Assembly (NCBI GenBank): GCA_963795365.1
Contig: CAWCHW010000034.1
Coordinates: 92,124-156,123, forward strand
Direction of reading: 5' to 3'
Origin: an uncultured Alphaproteobacteria bacterium
GTDB lineage: Bacteria; Pseudomonadota; Alphaproteobacteria; Rhizobiales; Xanthobacteraceae
Length of the DNA: 64,000 nt
The notes under the pieces were generated by a model. It saw nothing but the letters and a program-made list of their open reading frames with translations, was not told the DNA's origin and did no database searches. The position numbers were made by a program, and so were the translations under genes. Below are positions 43,007 through 54,879 of the stretch, one piece after another. Position 1 is the first letter of the stretch. Every line of letters starts with the position of its first letter.

Positions 43007-43674
43007 AGCGCCGCGTCGCCATCCTGATTTCCGGGCGCGGCTCCAACATGGCGGCGCTGATCAAGGCGGCGGAGGCTAGCGACTATCCCGCGGAGATCGT
43101 GGCGGTGATCTCCAATCGCGCCGATGCGCCCGGTCTCGACAAGGCGAAAGCGAGCGGCGTTGCGACTGTCGTGATCGAGAGCAAGCCGTTCGGCAAGGAC
43201 CGCGCCGGCTTCGAGGCCGCCTTGCAAGCTGCGCTCGATCAACATCGGGTCGAGCTGATCTGCCTCGGCGGATTCATGCGGCTGTTCACCGCACAGTTCG
43301 CGCAGCGCTGGTACGGCAAGATGCTCAACATCCATCCCTCGCTGCTGCCGGCATTTCCCGGCCTCGATCCGCACGGCCAGGCCTTGCGCGCCGGCGTGAA
43401 AATCTCCGGCGCGACCGTGCACTTCGTGATTCCGGAGACCGATGCCGGCCCGATCCTGATGCAGGGCGCGGTCGGCGTCAGCGATCATGATACGGCCGAG
43501 ACGCTTTCGGAGCGGATTCTGGAAGTCGAGCACCGCATCTATCCCGACGCATTGCGGCTGCTTGCGCTGGGGGCGGTCAAGCTCGACGGCGATATCTGCA
43601 AGACGCCGGACAGCGCCGGTTCCGGCAACTTCCTGGTCTCGCCGGTTGCGAGTGCCGACGGCACGTCGGCCTGA
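43003..43674 (+). CDS. purN: Phosphoribosylglycinamide formyltransferase
   Basis: [24 protein letters not shown]. Confidence 0.97.
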   Translation: MKRRVAILISGRGSNMAALIKAAEASDYPAEIVAVISNRADAPGLDKAKASGVATVVIESKPFGKDRAGFEAALQAALDQHRVELICLGGFMRLFTAQFAQRWYGKMLNIHPSLLPAFPGLDPHGQALRAGVKISGATVHFVIPETDAGPILMQGAVGVSDHDTAETLSERILEVEHRIYPDALRLLALGAVKLDGDICKTPDSAGSGNFLVSPVASADGTSA

Positions 43675-43841
43675 AAAAGCTTGCTCAGGAAATTGCCGAG
43701 TACCGCGTCGTCCGTGTGGCGGCGGAAGCACAATGGCGCTCAATCAGCTTTTCGCAGGTGCGAGCACCGATTGACCGTCGCCGGCAAACAAGGGCAAATC
43801 GCCTTTAAGAAACACGGCTTTTTGCGTTTGGAATTGGCATC

Positions 43842-44990
43842 ATGTGCTGCTCATCGCAGCCCTTGCAGCGTGAGAGACGAGCAGCCGGCCGCAGCCTGTT
43901 GACGGCGGTCATGCTCGCGTGCGTCGTTGCGCTGGCGCTTGGCGCCGTGCCGTCGGCTTACGCGCAATCTCCCTTGCCAGGCCCGGCGCCATCGCCGTCC
44001 CCATCGCCGACACCGGTGCCGGTGCCCACCCAGATCAATTCCGAGATCTCGGCGGGCAACCAGGTGCTCAATCTCGGCTCCAGCTTCCTGGAGCGGCTCG
44101 GCAATCAAGCGACCAACGGCTTCAATCACAGCTTGAACAACAATCCGGCCGGTGGCGGTGCCTCCGAAGCTGCGCAGGGACCGCGCTACCGGAGCTGGGG
44201 CGAGCTCTACGGGCTGTCGATCAGGACCGACAGCCAGGGCGATATCGTCGGCGACAAGCGCCGCACCACCGGCGGTGTCTTTGGCTTCGGCGCCCAGGTC
44301 ATGCCGCATGTGAACATCGGGTTTTCGATCGACCAGAGCCACACTCAAATCGACGTGCCGCTCGCCTTGCAGACGGCGACGCTCGACCTGACACAGTTCG
44401 GCTTCAGCGCGTCCGTCGACAGGGGACCCTGGACCTGGGCGATCGCGCTGGTGCATGGCTTCGGCAATGTCGGCTCCAGCCGCGACACCGGACTAGGCTT
44501 TGCGAATGCGAGCTATGGCGCGCGCATCGACGGCGCGCTGACCGAGCTCGATTATTACTGGACCATCGGGCAGGGCCGCATCGTGCCGAAAGCCGGGCTC
44601 GAATGGGTGCGCTCCACGACCGGCGCGCTGCAGGAAGTTGGCGGACTCGATCCGGTGATGGCGACGGGGGCGACCTTCGAGCGCACGCGCGGGCTTGTTG
44701 GCGCGGAGGTCGGCCACTACTGGATCTTCGGCACGCGGATTCTGGATTTGTCGGCCTATGGCAAGTTCGTCGATAATTTCGAGCAGAATTTCAGCTCGGT
44801 CATGGTCAGCCTCGGCCCGCAGAGCATCACCGTGCAGGGCATCGGCGAAAGCCAGTACGGTGCGGATGCCGGCGCCTCGGCGTCGCTGTTCATCGGCAAC
44901 ACCGCGCGCGTCTATCTCAACTACGACGCCAAGCTGCGTGCCAATCTGCAGTCGCACCAGGGCACGCTCGGGCTGGAGCTCAAGTTCTAG
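43842..44990 (+). CDS. Autotransporter-type outer-membrane beta-barrel protein with only a Pro/Ser/Thr stub as passenger
   Basis: Signal peptide ending AYA-Q, PGPAPSPSPSPTPVPVPT, amphipathic strands, C-terminal LGLELKF; start may be 43911. Confidence 0.78.
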   Translation: MCCSSQPLQRERRAAGRSLLTAVMLACVVALALGAVPSAYAQSPLPGPAPSPSPSPTPVPVPTQINSEISAGNQVLNLGSSFLERLGNQATNGFNHSLNNNPAGGGASEAAQGPRYRSWGELYGLSIRTDSQGDIVGDKRRTTGGVFGFGAQVMPHVNIGFSIDQSHTQIDVPLALQTATLDLTQFGFSASVDRGPWTWAIALVHGFGNVGSSRDTGLGFANASYGARIDGALTELDYYWTIGQGRIVPKAGLEWVRSTTGALQEVGGLDPVMATGATFERTRGLVGAEVGHYWIFGTRILDLSAYGKFVDNFEQNFSSVMVSLGPQSITVQGIGESQYGADAGASASLFIGNTARVYLNYDAKLRANLQSHQGTLGLELKF

Positions 44991-45070
44991 TGCGGCGGCG
45001 TTGTTTCGAACTCTGCAGTTCCTAAGGTTCAGGGAATCGCCTAGGGGTTGCGGGCAGGAGGCCTGCCCCG

Positions 45071-46912
45071 ATGAACCGCCGTGAACGCCGCGCCGCTCAA
45101 GCGTCCAAAAAGACCGCGGGGTCCGGCGCCTCTACAGCGGCTGCACTTTATGAGCTTGCCCACCGGCATATGCAGGCCGGCCGTCCCCTGGATGCGCAGC
45201 TTTGCTGCCAACAGGCGCTGGCGATCGACTCCGATCACGCCGAAACCCTGCATCTGATGGGCCTTCTGTGCCTGCAGGCCAGGCAATACGACCACGCGAT
45301 CGCGTGGATCGATCGCGCCAGCCGGCAGGATCGCAAGACGGATTATCTTGGCAGCCTCGGCATCGCGCTGGACCAACAGGGCCTTTACAGCAAGTCGCTC
45401 AAGGCCCTGGATCGCGCACTGCAGCTTCGACCTGACGATACCGGGTTATGGATCCATCACGGCAACGCACTGGCCAAGCTCGACCGCTATGCCGAAAGCC
45501 TCATCAGCTATCAGCATGTCCTGAAGCTCGACCCCGCCCATGCAGACGCGCTCTATGGCTGCGGCTGTGTGCTGCTCAAGCTCGGACGGCTCGACGAGGC
45601 GCTGTCGTGCCTCAATCGCTGCGGCGACCTGCGCCCGAATCAGGCGGCCGTTTTCGAACAGCGTGGCCTCGTGCTGTTCAACATGAAAAAGCACGAAGAC
45701 GCCCTGTCCGATTTTCTGCGGGCGCACGCGCTGAACCCGCTCAATCACGAGACCTGCAACAATATCGGCTCGTCGCTCCAGTTGCTGTGCCGGGACGAAG
45801 ACGCGCTGCCATGGTTCGACAAGGCGATCGCCTTGCGAGCGGATTGCGTGCCCGCGCTGGTCAACAAGGCCTTCACCCTGACCCAGCTTCGGCGCCTCGA
45901 TGAGGCCTTTGCAACCTTCCATCACGCGAAGTCGCTCGATCCTGACGATGCCGATCTGGCATTTCAGCTGTCGCTGCTGGAGCTGCTGACCGGCAATTTC
46001 AGGAACGGTTGGGTCGGGCGCGAGGCGCGGTGGCGGATGCGGGCCCGTCCGGGTTCGTATCCGCAATTTCCGCAGCCGCTTTGGCGCGGCGATGTCGATC
46101 TCCGGGGTAAAACCCTGCTCGTGCTGGAAGACGAAGGCCTGGGCGATACGATCCAGTTCGCGCGTTACATCCCGATGCTGGTCGCGCGTGGCGCACGCGT
46201 GATCCTGCGCGTTGGCGATCCGCTTCATCCTTTGCTGTCGGAGCTGCCGGATGTCGCCGAATGCTCACCGAAATCGGCTCCCATGCTGCCGTCGTTCGAT
46301 CTGCACTGCCCGATCTGCAGTCTTCCGCTCGCGTTTGAAACACGGCTTGATACGATTCCGGCTGATATACCCTACTTGCCGGCGCCGCCGCGGAGCCGCG
46401 TGCAGGCCTGGGAAGACCGGCTTGAAGAGAGTGGAGCGCGCGGGCGCTTGCGCGTGGGCCTGGTCTGGTCGGGCAGGCCGACCCACGTGAACGATCACAA
46501 CAGGTCGATTCCGCTGCAGATGCTTTCGCGCATCCTCGATGTCGATGCAGCCTTTATCAGCCTGCAAAAGGACCCGCGGCCATCAGACAAGGTCGTGCTC
46601 GAACGAACCGGCATTGTCGACCTCACCTCGCATCTCACCGATTTCGCCGAGACGGCGGCGCTCGTCAGTTGCCTCGATCTCGTGATCAGCGTCGATACCA
46701 GTGTCGTCCACCTTGCCGGCGCGCTCGGACGGCCCGTCTGGACGCTGTTGCCCTATGCACCGGACTGGCGCTGGCTGCTCGATCGCGACGACAGCCCCTG
46801 GTACCCGACCATGCGCCTGTTTCGACAGACGGCGGCCCGAGATTGGGTTGATGTGCTCAACCGCGTGCGCGCCGCCCTGGCTGAGCATGCGCGTGCCTCG
46901 GCGGCAGTTTAG
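45071..46912 (+). CDS. TPR-repeat protein with C-terminal GT9-like glycosyltransferase domain
   Basis: Multiple TPR units; [60 protein letters not shown]. Confidence 0.9.
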   Translation: MNRRERRAAQASKKTAGSGASTAAALYELAHRHMQAGRPLDAQLCCQQALAIDSDHAETLHLMGLLCLQARQYDHAIAWIDRASRQDRKTDYLGSLGIALDQQGLYSKSLKALDRALQLRPDDTGLWIHHGNALAKLDRYAESLISYQHVLKLDPAHADALYGCGCVLLKLGRLDEALSCLNRCGDLRPNQAAVFEQRGLVLFNMKKHEDALSDFLRAHALNPLNHETCNNIGSSLQLLCRDEDALPWFDKAIALRADCVPALVNKAFTLTQLRRLDEAFATFHHAKSLDPDDADLAFQLSLLELLTGNFRNGWVGREARWRMRARPGSYPQFPQPLWRGDVDLRGKTLLVLEDEGLGDTIQFARYIPMLVARGARVILRVGDPLHPLLSELPDVAECSPKSAPMLPSFDLHCPICSLPLAFETRLDTIPADIPYLPAPPRSRVQAWEDRLEESGARGRLRVGLVWSGRPTHVNDHNRSIPLQMLSRILDVDAAFISLQKDPRPSDKVVLERTGIVDLTSHLTDFAETAALVSCLDLVISVDTSVVHLAGALGRPVWTLLPYAPDWRWLLDRDDSPWYPTMRLFRQTAARDWVDVLNRVRAALAEHARASAAV

Positions 46913-48093
46913 CTCGATGAGTCCTGCCTGATCTCGCTTTCGACGTCGGTGCGGTCGACTCTGACCACGCGGCCCTTCTCGATCGCAAGCGCCAGCTTGC
47001 CGTGCTTCAGCGCCAGCGCCGCTTCGCCGAACAATTCGCGTCGCCAGCCCTGCAAGGCCGCGACATCGGCGTTGTCGTCGGCCGCGATCTCCTCGAGGTC
47101 GTCGACGGTGGCGATCACCTTGCTCGCCACCGCATGGCGCTCCGAGGTCATGCGCAGCAGCACCTTCAACAGCTCCACGGTGGCGGCGCCGTTGGAATTG
47201 TTGCGCGGCTTTTCGAGTTTCGGCAGCGTCGCCGGATCGCGCGCCAGCCCGCGCTGCACGGCGGCGACGATGTCGCCGCCCCATTTCGAGCGGTCAAAGC
47301 CCCTCGGCAGCGAGCGCAGATTGGCGAGCTTCTCGAGCGTGGTCGGCGCATGGGTGGCGATATCGCCGACCGCGTCGTCTTTCAGCACCCGGCCGCGCGG
47401 CACGTCGCGGCTTTGCGCCTCCTGCTCGCGCCAGGCCGCGACCTCGATCAGCACCGCAAGCTCTTTGGGCTTGCGCACCCGCGTCTTCAATCGTTCCCAG
47501 GCCCGCTCCGGATGGAAGTCGTAGGTCCGCGGCGACGTCAGGACCTCCATCTCCAGACTGACCCAGTTGTTGCGGCCGCGCTTCTTCAGGTCGGCATCGA
47601 GCGCGATGAAGACGTCGCGCAGATGGGTGACGTCGGAGACCGCGTAGTGAATCTGCTCGCTGCTGAGCGGGCGCCGCGACCAGTCGGTGAAGCGATGGGT
47701 CTTGTCCGGGCGGTGACCGGTGATGCGCTGCACCAGCTGGTCGTAGGCGATGGAATCGCCATAGCCCAGCACCATGGCCGCGACCTGTGTGTCGAAGATC
47801 GGATGCGGCAACAAGTTGGCGCGATGCCAGATGATCTCGATGTCCTGGCGGGCGGCGTGGAAGACCTTCAAGACCTTCTCATTGCCCATCAGCTCGAAGA
47901 ACGGCTTCAGGTCGATGCCGGGCGCGAGCGCGTCGATGACGACGGCTTCCTCCGGGCTTGCCATCTGGACGACGCAGAGCAGCGGGTAGTAGGTGGTTTC
48001 GCGCAGAAACTCGGTGTCGACGGTGATGACGGGGTGCCGTTCCAGGCGCGCACAGACAGCCGCGAGTTCCGAAGTGGTAGTGACGAGATCCAT
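46909..48093 (-). CDS. rnd: Ribonuclease D
   Basis: [47 protein letters not shown] region. Confidence 0.96.
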   Translation of the reverse strand: MDLVTTTSELAAVCARLERHPVITVDTEFLRETTYYPLLCVVQMASPEEAVVIDALAPGIDLKPFFELMGNEKVLKVFHAARQDIEIIWHRANLLPHPIFDTQVAAMVLGYGDSIAYDQLVQRITGHRPDKTHRFTDWSRRPLSSEQIHYAVSDVTHLRDVFIALDADLKKRGRNNWVSLEMEVLTSPRTYDFHPERAWERLKTRVRKPKELAVLIEVAAWREQEAQSRDVPRGRVLKDDAVGDIATHAPTTLEKLANLRSLPRGFDRSKWGGDIVAAVQRGLARDPATLPKLEKPRNNSNGAATVELLKVLLRMTSERHAVASKVIATVDDLEEIAADDNADVAALQGWRRELFGEAALALKHGKLALAIEKGRVVRVDRTDVESEIRQDSSS

Positions 48094-48230
48094 GAACGAC
48101 CTATGACGCGTGCAACAGCCGTTCGGCCGAAAGCGCTGTTATGTCAAGCGTCTTGAAGGGGATTCGAGGCCTGCAATACGGCAATAGCGTGGACGACTGG
48201 CCTGCAGCGCTGGCAATCAACGCGAAAAGC

Positions 48231-48341
48231 TCAGTGAGAGCGCGCCCGACGGGAAGATTGCCGTCCCGACGGGACCGCCAGCACGACGACGCAGAGGCCC
48301 AGCATCGCCAGTCCCATGAACTCGAACACAAGTGCGTCCAC
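48231..48341 (-). CDS. Possible 36-aa single-TM protein
   Basis: GTG start after GGGG; (M)DALVFEFMGLAMLGLCVVVLAVPSGRQSSRRARSH. Confidence 0.4.
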   Translation of the reverse strand: MDALVFEFMGLAMLGLCVVVLAVPSGRQSSRRARSH

Positions 48342-48453
48342 GACAATATCCCCCAACAAAGTGATCAGCTTTGCCGGGGCGGATTGACCGAATCTTAATT
48401 GGCGGCTCGCGGCTTCCGGGATGGTGGATGCGGGGTTAACTCGCGGCGTCCAA

Positions 48454-48550
48454 CCCTCATGGTGAGGAGGCGCAAAGCGCCGTCTCGAACCATGAGGCCC
48501 AGCTGTGGCCTCATCCTTCGAGACGCGCTTCGCGCTCCTCAGGATGAGGG
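48454..48550. repeat. REP-doublet (REPIN-like) palindromic element
   Basis: ctcatggtgaggaggcgc-aaa-gcgccgtctcgaaccatgag followed by inverted unit ctcatccttcgagacgcg-ctt-cgcgctcctcaggatgag. Confidence 0.8.
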
Positions 48551-48577
48551 GATAAAGCGCGTTATGACGCAGTGGAA

Positions 48578-50047
48578 TTACGTCCCGCAAAAAGTCTGGC
48601 ACACCCGCTCTTCGGGCTTGGGCGGGTCGGCGTAAGCAGCAAATTCCGGTTGATCTTCATAGGGCTTCGCCAAGACCTTCAGAAGCTCCTCGAACGGCGC
48701 GTAATCATCGTTGATCGCGGCTGATATCACCGCCTCGATGCGGTGGTTGCGCGGGATGAAGGCGGGATTGACCGCGCGCATCGCCGCCTGCCGCTCGGCT
48801 GATGACTGCGGCTCGTCCGCAATGCGCTTGTGCCAGCGCGCCGCCCATTCGTCGAACGCGGCGGGCTCGGCGAACAGCGCGCGGACCTCGCCGATATCGC
48901 CAGCCGCGGCATCGCTGAGGCGGCGGAAGGTGAGAGTGAAATCGGCCTTGCCTTGCGCCATCGCATCGAGCAGGTCCTGCACCAACGCCTCGTCGCCGTC
49001 GCGCGCCGTGAACAGGCCGATCTTGTTGCGCAGGCCGGCCTGATAGGCGGCGGTGAATTTTTCCGGGAAGGCGCCGAGAATGTCCTGCGCTTCCGCGATC
49101 CCCTTTTCCTGGTCGTCGGACATCAGCGGCAGCAGGCATTCGGCGAGCCGCGTCAGATTCCACAGCGCGATCCGCGGCTGGTTGGCATAGGCATAGCGGC
49201 CGAGCTCGTCGATCGACGAGAACACCTGGCCCGGATCGTAGTGATCCATGAAGGCGCAGGGGCCGTAATCGATGGTCTCGCCGGAGATGGAAGTGTTGTC
49301 GGTGTTCATCACGCCATGGATGAAGCCGATGTGCAGCCAGCGCGCGACGAGCTGCGCCTGTCGCGCCACCACGCCTGACAGCAGCGCGTGATAGGGGCGG
49401 TCTGCTCCGGCCAAATCCGGATAGTGCCTGTTGATGACGTGGTCGGCGAGCCGGCGCAGCGCATCATTGTCCTGACGCGCGGCAAAATACTGGAAGGTGC
49501 CGACGCGGATGTGGCTCGACGCGACGCGGGTGAGCACCGCGCCCGGCAGCATGGTCTCGCGCACCACGTTCTCGCCCGTGATCACGGCTGCCAGCGAACG
49601 CGTGGTCGGTATGCCCAGGGCGAACATCGCCTCGCTGACGATGTATTCGCGCAGGACGGGGCCGAGCGCGGCGCGGCCGTCGCCGCGTCGGGAGAACGGT
49701 GTCGGCCCCGAGCCCTTGAGCTGGATATCCCTGCGGACGCCGTCCTTGTCGATGACCTCGCCGAGCAGGATGGCGCGGCCGTCGCCGAGCTGGGGAACAA
49801 AGTGCCCGAACTGATGGCCGGCATAGGCCATCGCGATCGGATCGGCGCCGGTGGGCACGGTTTTGCCGGACAGGATTTCCGCGCCTTCGGGCGTCTCCAG
49901 CATATCGGGATCGAGCCCGAGATGGACCGCCAGCGGCCGGTTCAGCTTGATCAGCCGGGGCGCGGCCACCGGGGTCGGGGCCACACGGGCGAAAAAGTTC
50001 GCCGGCAGGGCGGCGTAAGTGTTCTGGAAGGGGAAATGCACCGTCAT
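48578..50047 (-). CDS. selO: SelO/YdiU protein adenylyltransferase
   Basis: [45 protein letters not shown]-terminal TFCGT. Confidence 0.95.
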   Translation of the reverse strand: MTVHFPFQNTYAALPANFFARVAPTPVAAPRLIKLNRPLAVHLGLDPDMLETPEGAEILSGKTVPTGADPIAMAYAGHQFGHFVPQLGDGRAILLGEVIDKDGVRRDIQLKGSGPTPFSRRGDGRAALGPVLREYIVSEAMFALGIPTTRSLAAVITGENVVRETMLPGAVLTRVASSHIRVGTFQYFAARQDNDALRRLADHVINRHYPDLAGADRPYHALLSGVVARQAQLVARWLHIGFIHGVMNTDNTSISGETIDYGPCAFMDHYDPGQVFSSIDELGRYAYANQPRIALWNLTRLAECLLPLMSDDQEKGIAEAQDILGAFPEKFTAAYQAGLRNKIGLFTARDGDEALVQDLLDAMAQGKADFTLTFRRLSDAAAGDIGEVRALFAEPAAFDEWAARWHKRIADEPQSSAERQAAMRAVNPAFIPRNHRIEAVISAAINDDYAPFEELLKVLAKPYEDQPEFAAYADPPKPEERVCQTFCGT

Positions 50048-50201
50048 GGCCCCAAGATAGGCGCGGCGGGCGGCTTTTTCGAGCCCTGAAAGCCTCTCGT
50101 TTGGTTGCCGTGCGGTATTGCCTCGGCTAAACCCTGCCCGCGTTTCGGACCCGGCTCTCAAGGCCGTCCGATTCGAACCCTCCGAGATATCTGAGACATC
50201 C

Positions 50202-51974
50202 ATGCATCGTTACCGGACCCATACCTGCGGCGCGCTCCGCGAGAGCCATATCGGCGAAACCGTTCGCCTCTCGGGCTGGTGTCATCGCATCCGCGACCAT
50301 GGCGGCGTGCTCTTCATCGACCTGCGCGACCATTACGGGCTGACGCAATGCGTGGTCGATCCGGATTCGCCGGCGTTCAAGCTCGCCGAGAAGCTGCGCT
50401 CTGAATGGGTGGTGCGGATGGAGGGCAAGGTGCGCCGCCGTCCCGAGGGGACCGACAATCCGGACCTGCCGACCGGGCGCGTCGAATTGTATGTCAGCGA
50501 CATCGAGGTGCTGGGCGCGGCCGACGAGCTGCCGATGCCTGTGTTCGGCGAGCAGGAATATCCCGAGGATATCCGGCTGAAATACCGCTTTCTCGACCTG
50601 CGCCGCGAGAAGCTGCACCAGAACATCATGACGCGCGGCGCCATCATCAATTCCATGCGCCGCCGCATGAAGAGCCAGGGCTTCTTCGAATTCCAGACGC
50701 CGATCCTGACCGCGTCGTCGCCGGAGGGCGCGCGCGACTTCCTGGTGCCGTCGCGGATTCATCCGGGCAAATTCTACGCGCTGCCGCAGGCGCCGCAGCA
50801 GTACAAGCAGCTGTTGATGATGTCGGGCTTCGACCGTTACTTCCAGATCGCGCCGTGTTTCCGCGACGAGGACCCGCGCGCCGATCGCCTGCCGGGCGAA
50901 TTCTATCAGCTCGACGTCGAGATGAGCTTCGTCGAGCAGGACGACGTGTTCGCGGCACTGGAGCCCGTCATCACCGGCGTGTTCGAGGAGTTTGCCAACG
51001 GCAAGCACGTCACCAAGAGCTGGCCGCGGATTCCCTTTGCCGAAGCCTTGCGCAAATACGGCAGCGACAAGCCGGACCTGCGCAATCCGATCGAGATGCA
51101 GGATGTCTCCGAGCACTTCCGCGGCTCGGGCTTCAAGGTGTTCGCGCGGCTGCTCGAAGATACGAAGAACCAGGTCTGGGCGATCCCGGGCAAGGGCGGC
51201 GGCAGCCGCGCGTTCTGCGACCGCATGAACTCGTGGGCGCAGGGCGAGGGCCAGCCGGGGCTCGGCTACATCATGTGGCGCGAGGGCAATGAGGGCGCGG
51301 GTCCCCTTGCCAACAACATCGGGCCCGAGCGGACCGCTGCGATCCGCACCCAGCTTGGCCTGAAGGAGGGCGATGCCGCGTTCTTCGTCGCCGGCGATCC
51401 CGACAAATTCTGGAAGTTCTCGGGCCTCGCGCGCACCAAGCTCGGCGAGGAGTTGAACCTGATCGACAAGGAGCGGTTCGAACTCGCCTGGATCGTCGAC
51501 TTCCCGATGTACGAGTATGACGAGGAGAACAAGAAGGTCGACTTCTCGCATAACCCGTTCTCGATGCCGCAGGGCGGACTCGAGGCGCTGACGTCGCAGG
51601 ACCCGCTGTCGATCAAGGCGTTCCAGTACGACATCACCTGCAACGGCTACGAGATCGCCTCCGGCGGCATTCGCAACCACCGCCCCGAGGCGATGGTGAA
51701 GGCGTTCGAGATCGCGGGCTATGGCGAGAAGGAGGTCGTCGAGCGTTTCGGCGGCATGTACCGCGCGTTCCAGTACGGCGCGCCGCCGCATGGCGGCATG
51801 GCGGCCGGCGTCGACCGCATCGTCATGCTCCTGTGCGGCACCACCAACCTGCGCGAGATCTCGCTATTCCCGATGAACCAGCAAGCGATGGACCTGCTGA
51901 TGGGCGCGCCGAGCGAGGTTGCGCCGAAGCAGCTGCGCGAGCTCCACATCAGGCTGAATTTGCCGCAGAGCTGA
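50202..51974 (+). CDS. aspS: Aspartate-tRNA ligase, probably non-discriminating Asp/Asn type
   Basis: [39 protein letters not shown]; His in RDHGG and Gly in RPEG are typical of non-discriminating enzymes. Confidence 0.97.
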   Translation: MHRYRTHTCGALRESHIGETVRLSGWCHRIRDHGGVLFIDLRDHYGLTQCVVDPDSPAFKLAEKLRSEWVVRMEGKVRRRPEGTDNPDLPTGRVELYVSDIEVLGAADELPMPVFGEQEYPEDIRLKYRFLDLRREKLHQNIMTRGAIINSMRRRMKSQGFFEFQTPILTASSPEGARDFLVPSRIHPGKFYALPQAPQQYKQLLMMSGFDRYFQIAPCFRDEDPRADRLPGEFYQLDVEMSFVEQDDVFAALEPVITGVFEEFANGKHVTKSWPRIPFAEALRKYGSDKPDLRNPIEMQDVSEHFRGSGFKVFARLLEDTKNQVWAIPGKGGGSRAFCDRMNSWAQGEGQPGLGYIMWREGNEGAGPLANNIGPERTAAIRTQLGLKEGDAAFFVAGDPDKFWKFSGLARTKLGEELNLIDKERFELAWIVDFPMYEYDEENKKVDFSHNPFSMPQGGLEALTSQDPLSIKAFQYDITCNGYEIASGGIRNHRPEAMVKAFEIAGYGEKEVVERFGGMYRAFQYGAPPHGGMAAGVDRIVMLLCGTTNLREISLFPMNQQAMDLLMGAPSEVAPKQLRELHIRLNLPQS

Positions 51975-52018
51975 GCGGTACTCATCTCGCGGGTTGGTGG
52001 GCTCATCGTACGGGCACG

Positions 52019-52102
52019 CTTGCGATCAACCTCACTCCCGAAGGCGCCGACCTCGCCGTGCCACCGACCCTTGTCGCCCGCGCCGATGAGGTGATCGAAT
52101 AA
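52019..52102 (+). pseudogene. 3'-end remnant of ABC_sub_bind-type substrate-binding protein
   Basis: LAINLTPEGADLAVPPTLVARADEVIE* resembles the family C-terminus (LVINLKTAKALGL.VPPTLLARADEVIE); no upstream body. Confidence 0.7.
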
Positions 52103-52120
52103 GCAGGCCGTGGTCGCTTA

Positions 52121-52678
52121 TTGGCCCAGGGCGGACGCGCCGCCTCTCCGTCCGAAGGTCTGCTTCCGACCCACAGAGTTGACGACCTTTTCAACGCCCA
52201 GGAAGCTTTGCAGAAGCATCCCAAGATAGACCGAAACAAGTTCTTTGCTGTCGGGATGAGCCATGGTGCCAGCGTTGCTCTTTCGGCCGCGATCAAATCC
52301 ACCGATTATCGGGGCTTTCGCGCTGTTGCAGTGTTTTATCCAAGTTGCAAGTTAATCCAAAATGGGAGCCGGCTGAAATCGTCTGTCATCATATTTGTAG
52401 GGGCGAAGGATGATTGGACGCCGGCTTCGGAATGTGAGGAGGCAAAGAAAAGAGAGCGTCCGCCAGGAGAAGAGCTGGAGCTTGTTGTTATTCCGAACGC
52501 GTATCATGGATTTGACCAGCCGAGGTCAACATATAGATATCTAGGACATACCTTGGGTTACAACGAGCAAGCGACCGAGAGTAGCCGTAAGATGATGCAG
52601 GAATTTTTTGCGCGCCATCTGAGCGACGAACCGGCTGCTGCACGTCGAGACACGAACTCAAAGAGTGAGAAGGATTGA
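52121..52678 (+). pseudogene. Dienelactone hydrolase-family alpha/beta hydrolase, apparently N-truncated
   Basis: GMSHG nucleophile elbow, FYPSC, GAKDDWTP, AYHGFD; no good start or RBS; AT-richer than flanks. Confidence 0.7.
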
Positions 52679-52927
52679 ACGTCCCGATTTCCAAGAGGAT
52701 CCTCGCCGGCGTATTCGATAGCTGCTAGAAGAGGTGAGCGAAATATGCCGGTAGGCATAAGTACCTTGGTTGGATCACGGCCGCGTTTGGCGCGCCAAAA
52801 CCAGAAACCGAGGATGCCGATGCAAACTATCCAAGACATGCTGATAACGGCGGCCTTCCAAATGTTTTGCGATGTGGATGGCGCAACATGAGATGTCTGC
52901 CAAGAACATGGCGAGTAGCAAGAGAAT

Positions 52928-53863
52928 ATGCTAATATTGGGCGCGGGCGCGCTAGGGGGTTATTTCGGTGGAATGCTTATCAAGGGCGGGGCCGACGTTA
53001 CGTTTCTCGTCCGGCCTGCGCGCGCGGCCCAATTGAAACGAGATGGATTGATCGTCAAAACGCAGGACGGCAACGAATTTCGCACCCCAGTTGAGATCGT
53101 TCAACAAGGCCAGCTGGACGGCACTTACGATGTGATTCTGCTCAGCTGCAAGGCCTACGATCTTGACGGGGCGATGGACGCCATCGCGCCGGCCATGGGC
53201 GAGCACAGTGTGATCGTACCCGTGCTGAATGGCGTGCGCCATATCGAGGTTCTGAAAGACAGGTTTGGAGTGGAGCGCGTGCTGGGTGGGCTTACCGTCA
53301 TCAATGCTGCCCTGATGCCCGATGGATCGATCCAACAGAGCCAAGTGCGTATTAACCTGACCGCAATCGGTGAACTTGACGGCCGCTTATCCTCCCGCTG
53401 CACGGCCGTTAAAGCCGCACTAGAGGCGGGTGGCATCCCGCTCCAGGTCACGGACAACATCCTCGTGATGATGTGGGAGAAGTTCTTCGGGTTCACTTGC
53501 AGTGCAACGATAGCCTCGCTCAGCCGATCACGCGCCGGAGTGATTGCGCAGGCTGCTGGGGGAACATTTTTCGTCTCCGCCGTCATTGACGAATGTACAA
53601 GGGTTGTGACTGCGTTGGGGTACCCTCCGCTTCCTGCTTTCAACTCCGCTGGCCAAATCTCGGCGCTCTTCTCTCAAATGAACTCAGCATACGGGCCGTC
53701 CATGCTCATTGACATGGAAGACGGCCGACCTACGGAAGGCGAGCATACCATTGGCGATCTTGCTGAACGCGCGGCGCAGGCAGGCATCAACGCGCCGCTT
53801 CTGACCGCAGCCCGATGCAATCTCCAAGCCTACGAACTAAATCGTAGTAGTTCGAAACAATAA
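52928..53863 (+). CDS. Ketopantoate reductase (PanE/ApbA) family protein
   Basis: ILGAGALGG, CKAYD, LNG, MWEKF, SMLIDME.GRPTE. Confidence 0.9.
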   Translation: MLILGAGALGGYFGGMLIKGGADVTFLVRPARAAQLKRDGLIVKTQDGNEFRTPVEIVQQGQLDGTYDVILLSCKAYDLDGAMDAIAPAMGEHSVIVPVLNGVRHIEVLKDRFGVERVLGGLTVINAALMPDGSIQQSQVRINLTAIGELDGRLSSRCTAVKAALEAGGIPLQVTDNILVMMWEKFFGFTCSATIASLSRSRAGVIAQAAGGTFFVSAVIDECTRVVTALGYPPLPAFNSAGQISALFSQMNSAYGPSMLIDMEDGRPTEGEHTIGDLAERAAQAGINAPLLTAARCNLQAYELNRSSSKQ

Positions 53864-54000
53864 TCAAACCTGCCATTCGGAAGTCGCCCCTGGTCCGGCA
53901 GGGGGACTCCACGTCGGAACGGATTTATTCTAGTTCAAGTCATTCTTCGCAAAAGCGGCCAGGCTTCGATTAAAACTCAGCAACAGGAGCGTGCAGAGAG

Positions 54001-54756
54001 ATGCCAGACGCCAAGAAGCCAAGCGTTACAGAAATACGTAAGCGTAAGTTTGCAGATCAGATCGGGATGGATGTCTCGGCCGATGGCGTCCTCGCCGACA
54101 GCTTTTTCGATACCTATTCGGTCGCCCATGGTTACGAGGAGGGCTTCGAAGCCGCCTTTGACGGAAAATATCTTCTTGATCTGATCAACGCCGTCTGGCG
54201 CCCGGACAAGCCCTACAAGTTGCTCGACTGCGGTAGCGCAAATGGCCTGACGCTTCGGGATTTCGACAAGCTCGGTGTCGAAGCGTGGGGTATCGAGAAC
54301 AATGCGTACATCCATTCGAGGACGCCGGAGGAGTGGCGCGAACGAAACCTGCTCGGCGATGTCTGCAAGATGCCGTTCGAGGATGACGCTTTCGACTTTC
54401 TTTACGTCACGTGTCTCGTGCACCTGCCGGAAGAAAAGATCGGCCAAGCAATCGAGGAGTTGTTTCGGGTGTGCCGCGTTGGAGTCGTCCTACAAGGTGT
54501 GACGACCGACATGACGGAAGAAGTCATCGCGGAATATGAATTGTTTTCCGGGTTACAAACTTTCTGGACATTCGAGGAATGGTCCGACGCCATGCTACGC
54601 GCCGGCTTCCAGCTTGCCGTTTCCAATGCGGAATTGCTGGATAAGGTTTGGGACGTCGAACAGGAGGCTGAAGATGATGACTTCGACTGGTATCCGGACA
54701 AAGAGGCCATGAAGTATACCTTCTTCAGCAAACCACAGATCGATCGAAAAGTTTAA
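54001..54756 (+). CDS. Class I SAM-dependent methyltransferase
   Basis: LLDCGSANG, GDVCKMPFEDDAFD, ELFRVC; AGGAG RBS. Confidence 0.85.
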   Translation: MPDAKKPSVTEIRKRKFADQIGMDVSADGVLADSFFDTYSVAHGYEEGFEAAFDGKYLLDLINAVWRPDKPYKLLDCGSANGLTLRDFDKLGVEAWGIENNAYIHSRTPEEWRERNLLGDVCKMPFEDDAFDFLYVTCLVHLPEEKIGQAIEELFRVCRVGVVLQGVTTDMTEEVIAEYELFSGLQTFWTFEEWSDAMLRAGFQLAVSNAELLDKVWDVEQEAEDDDFDWYPDKEAMKYTFFSKPQIDRKV

Positions 54757-54879
54757 CCGTTCAACGAACTCGTATTCGGATTTTTCTGACTCGCGGGTGT
54801 CGATCCGTCCGATGAGGGGAACCGCATATGGATCGGTTGATGGTGATCGTTGTTTCGATGAGACTGTTGCCGCCACGAC

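Noticed and set aside
43834-43851. Sigma54 -24/-12 promoter TTGGCAT…TGC
   Set aside because: GG to GC spacing is 11, not the required 10
51975-52120. tRNA or att site at islet junction
   Set aside because: No cloverleaf, T-loop or CCA, and no direct repeat seen at the other end
52558-52839. 93-aa minus-strand ORF with hydrophobic start
   Set aside because: Overlaps hydrolase 3' end by about 120 nt, no RBS or motif; at most a remnant
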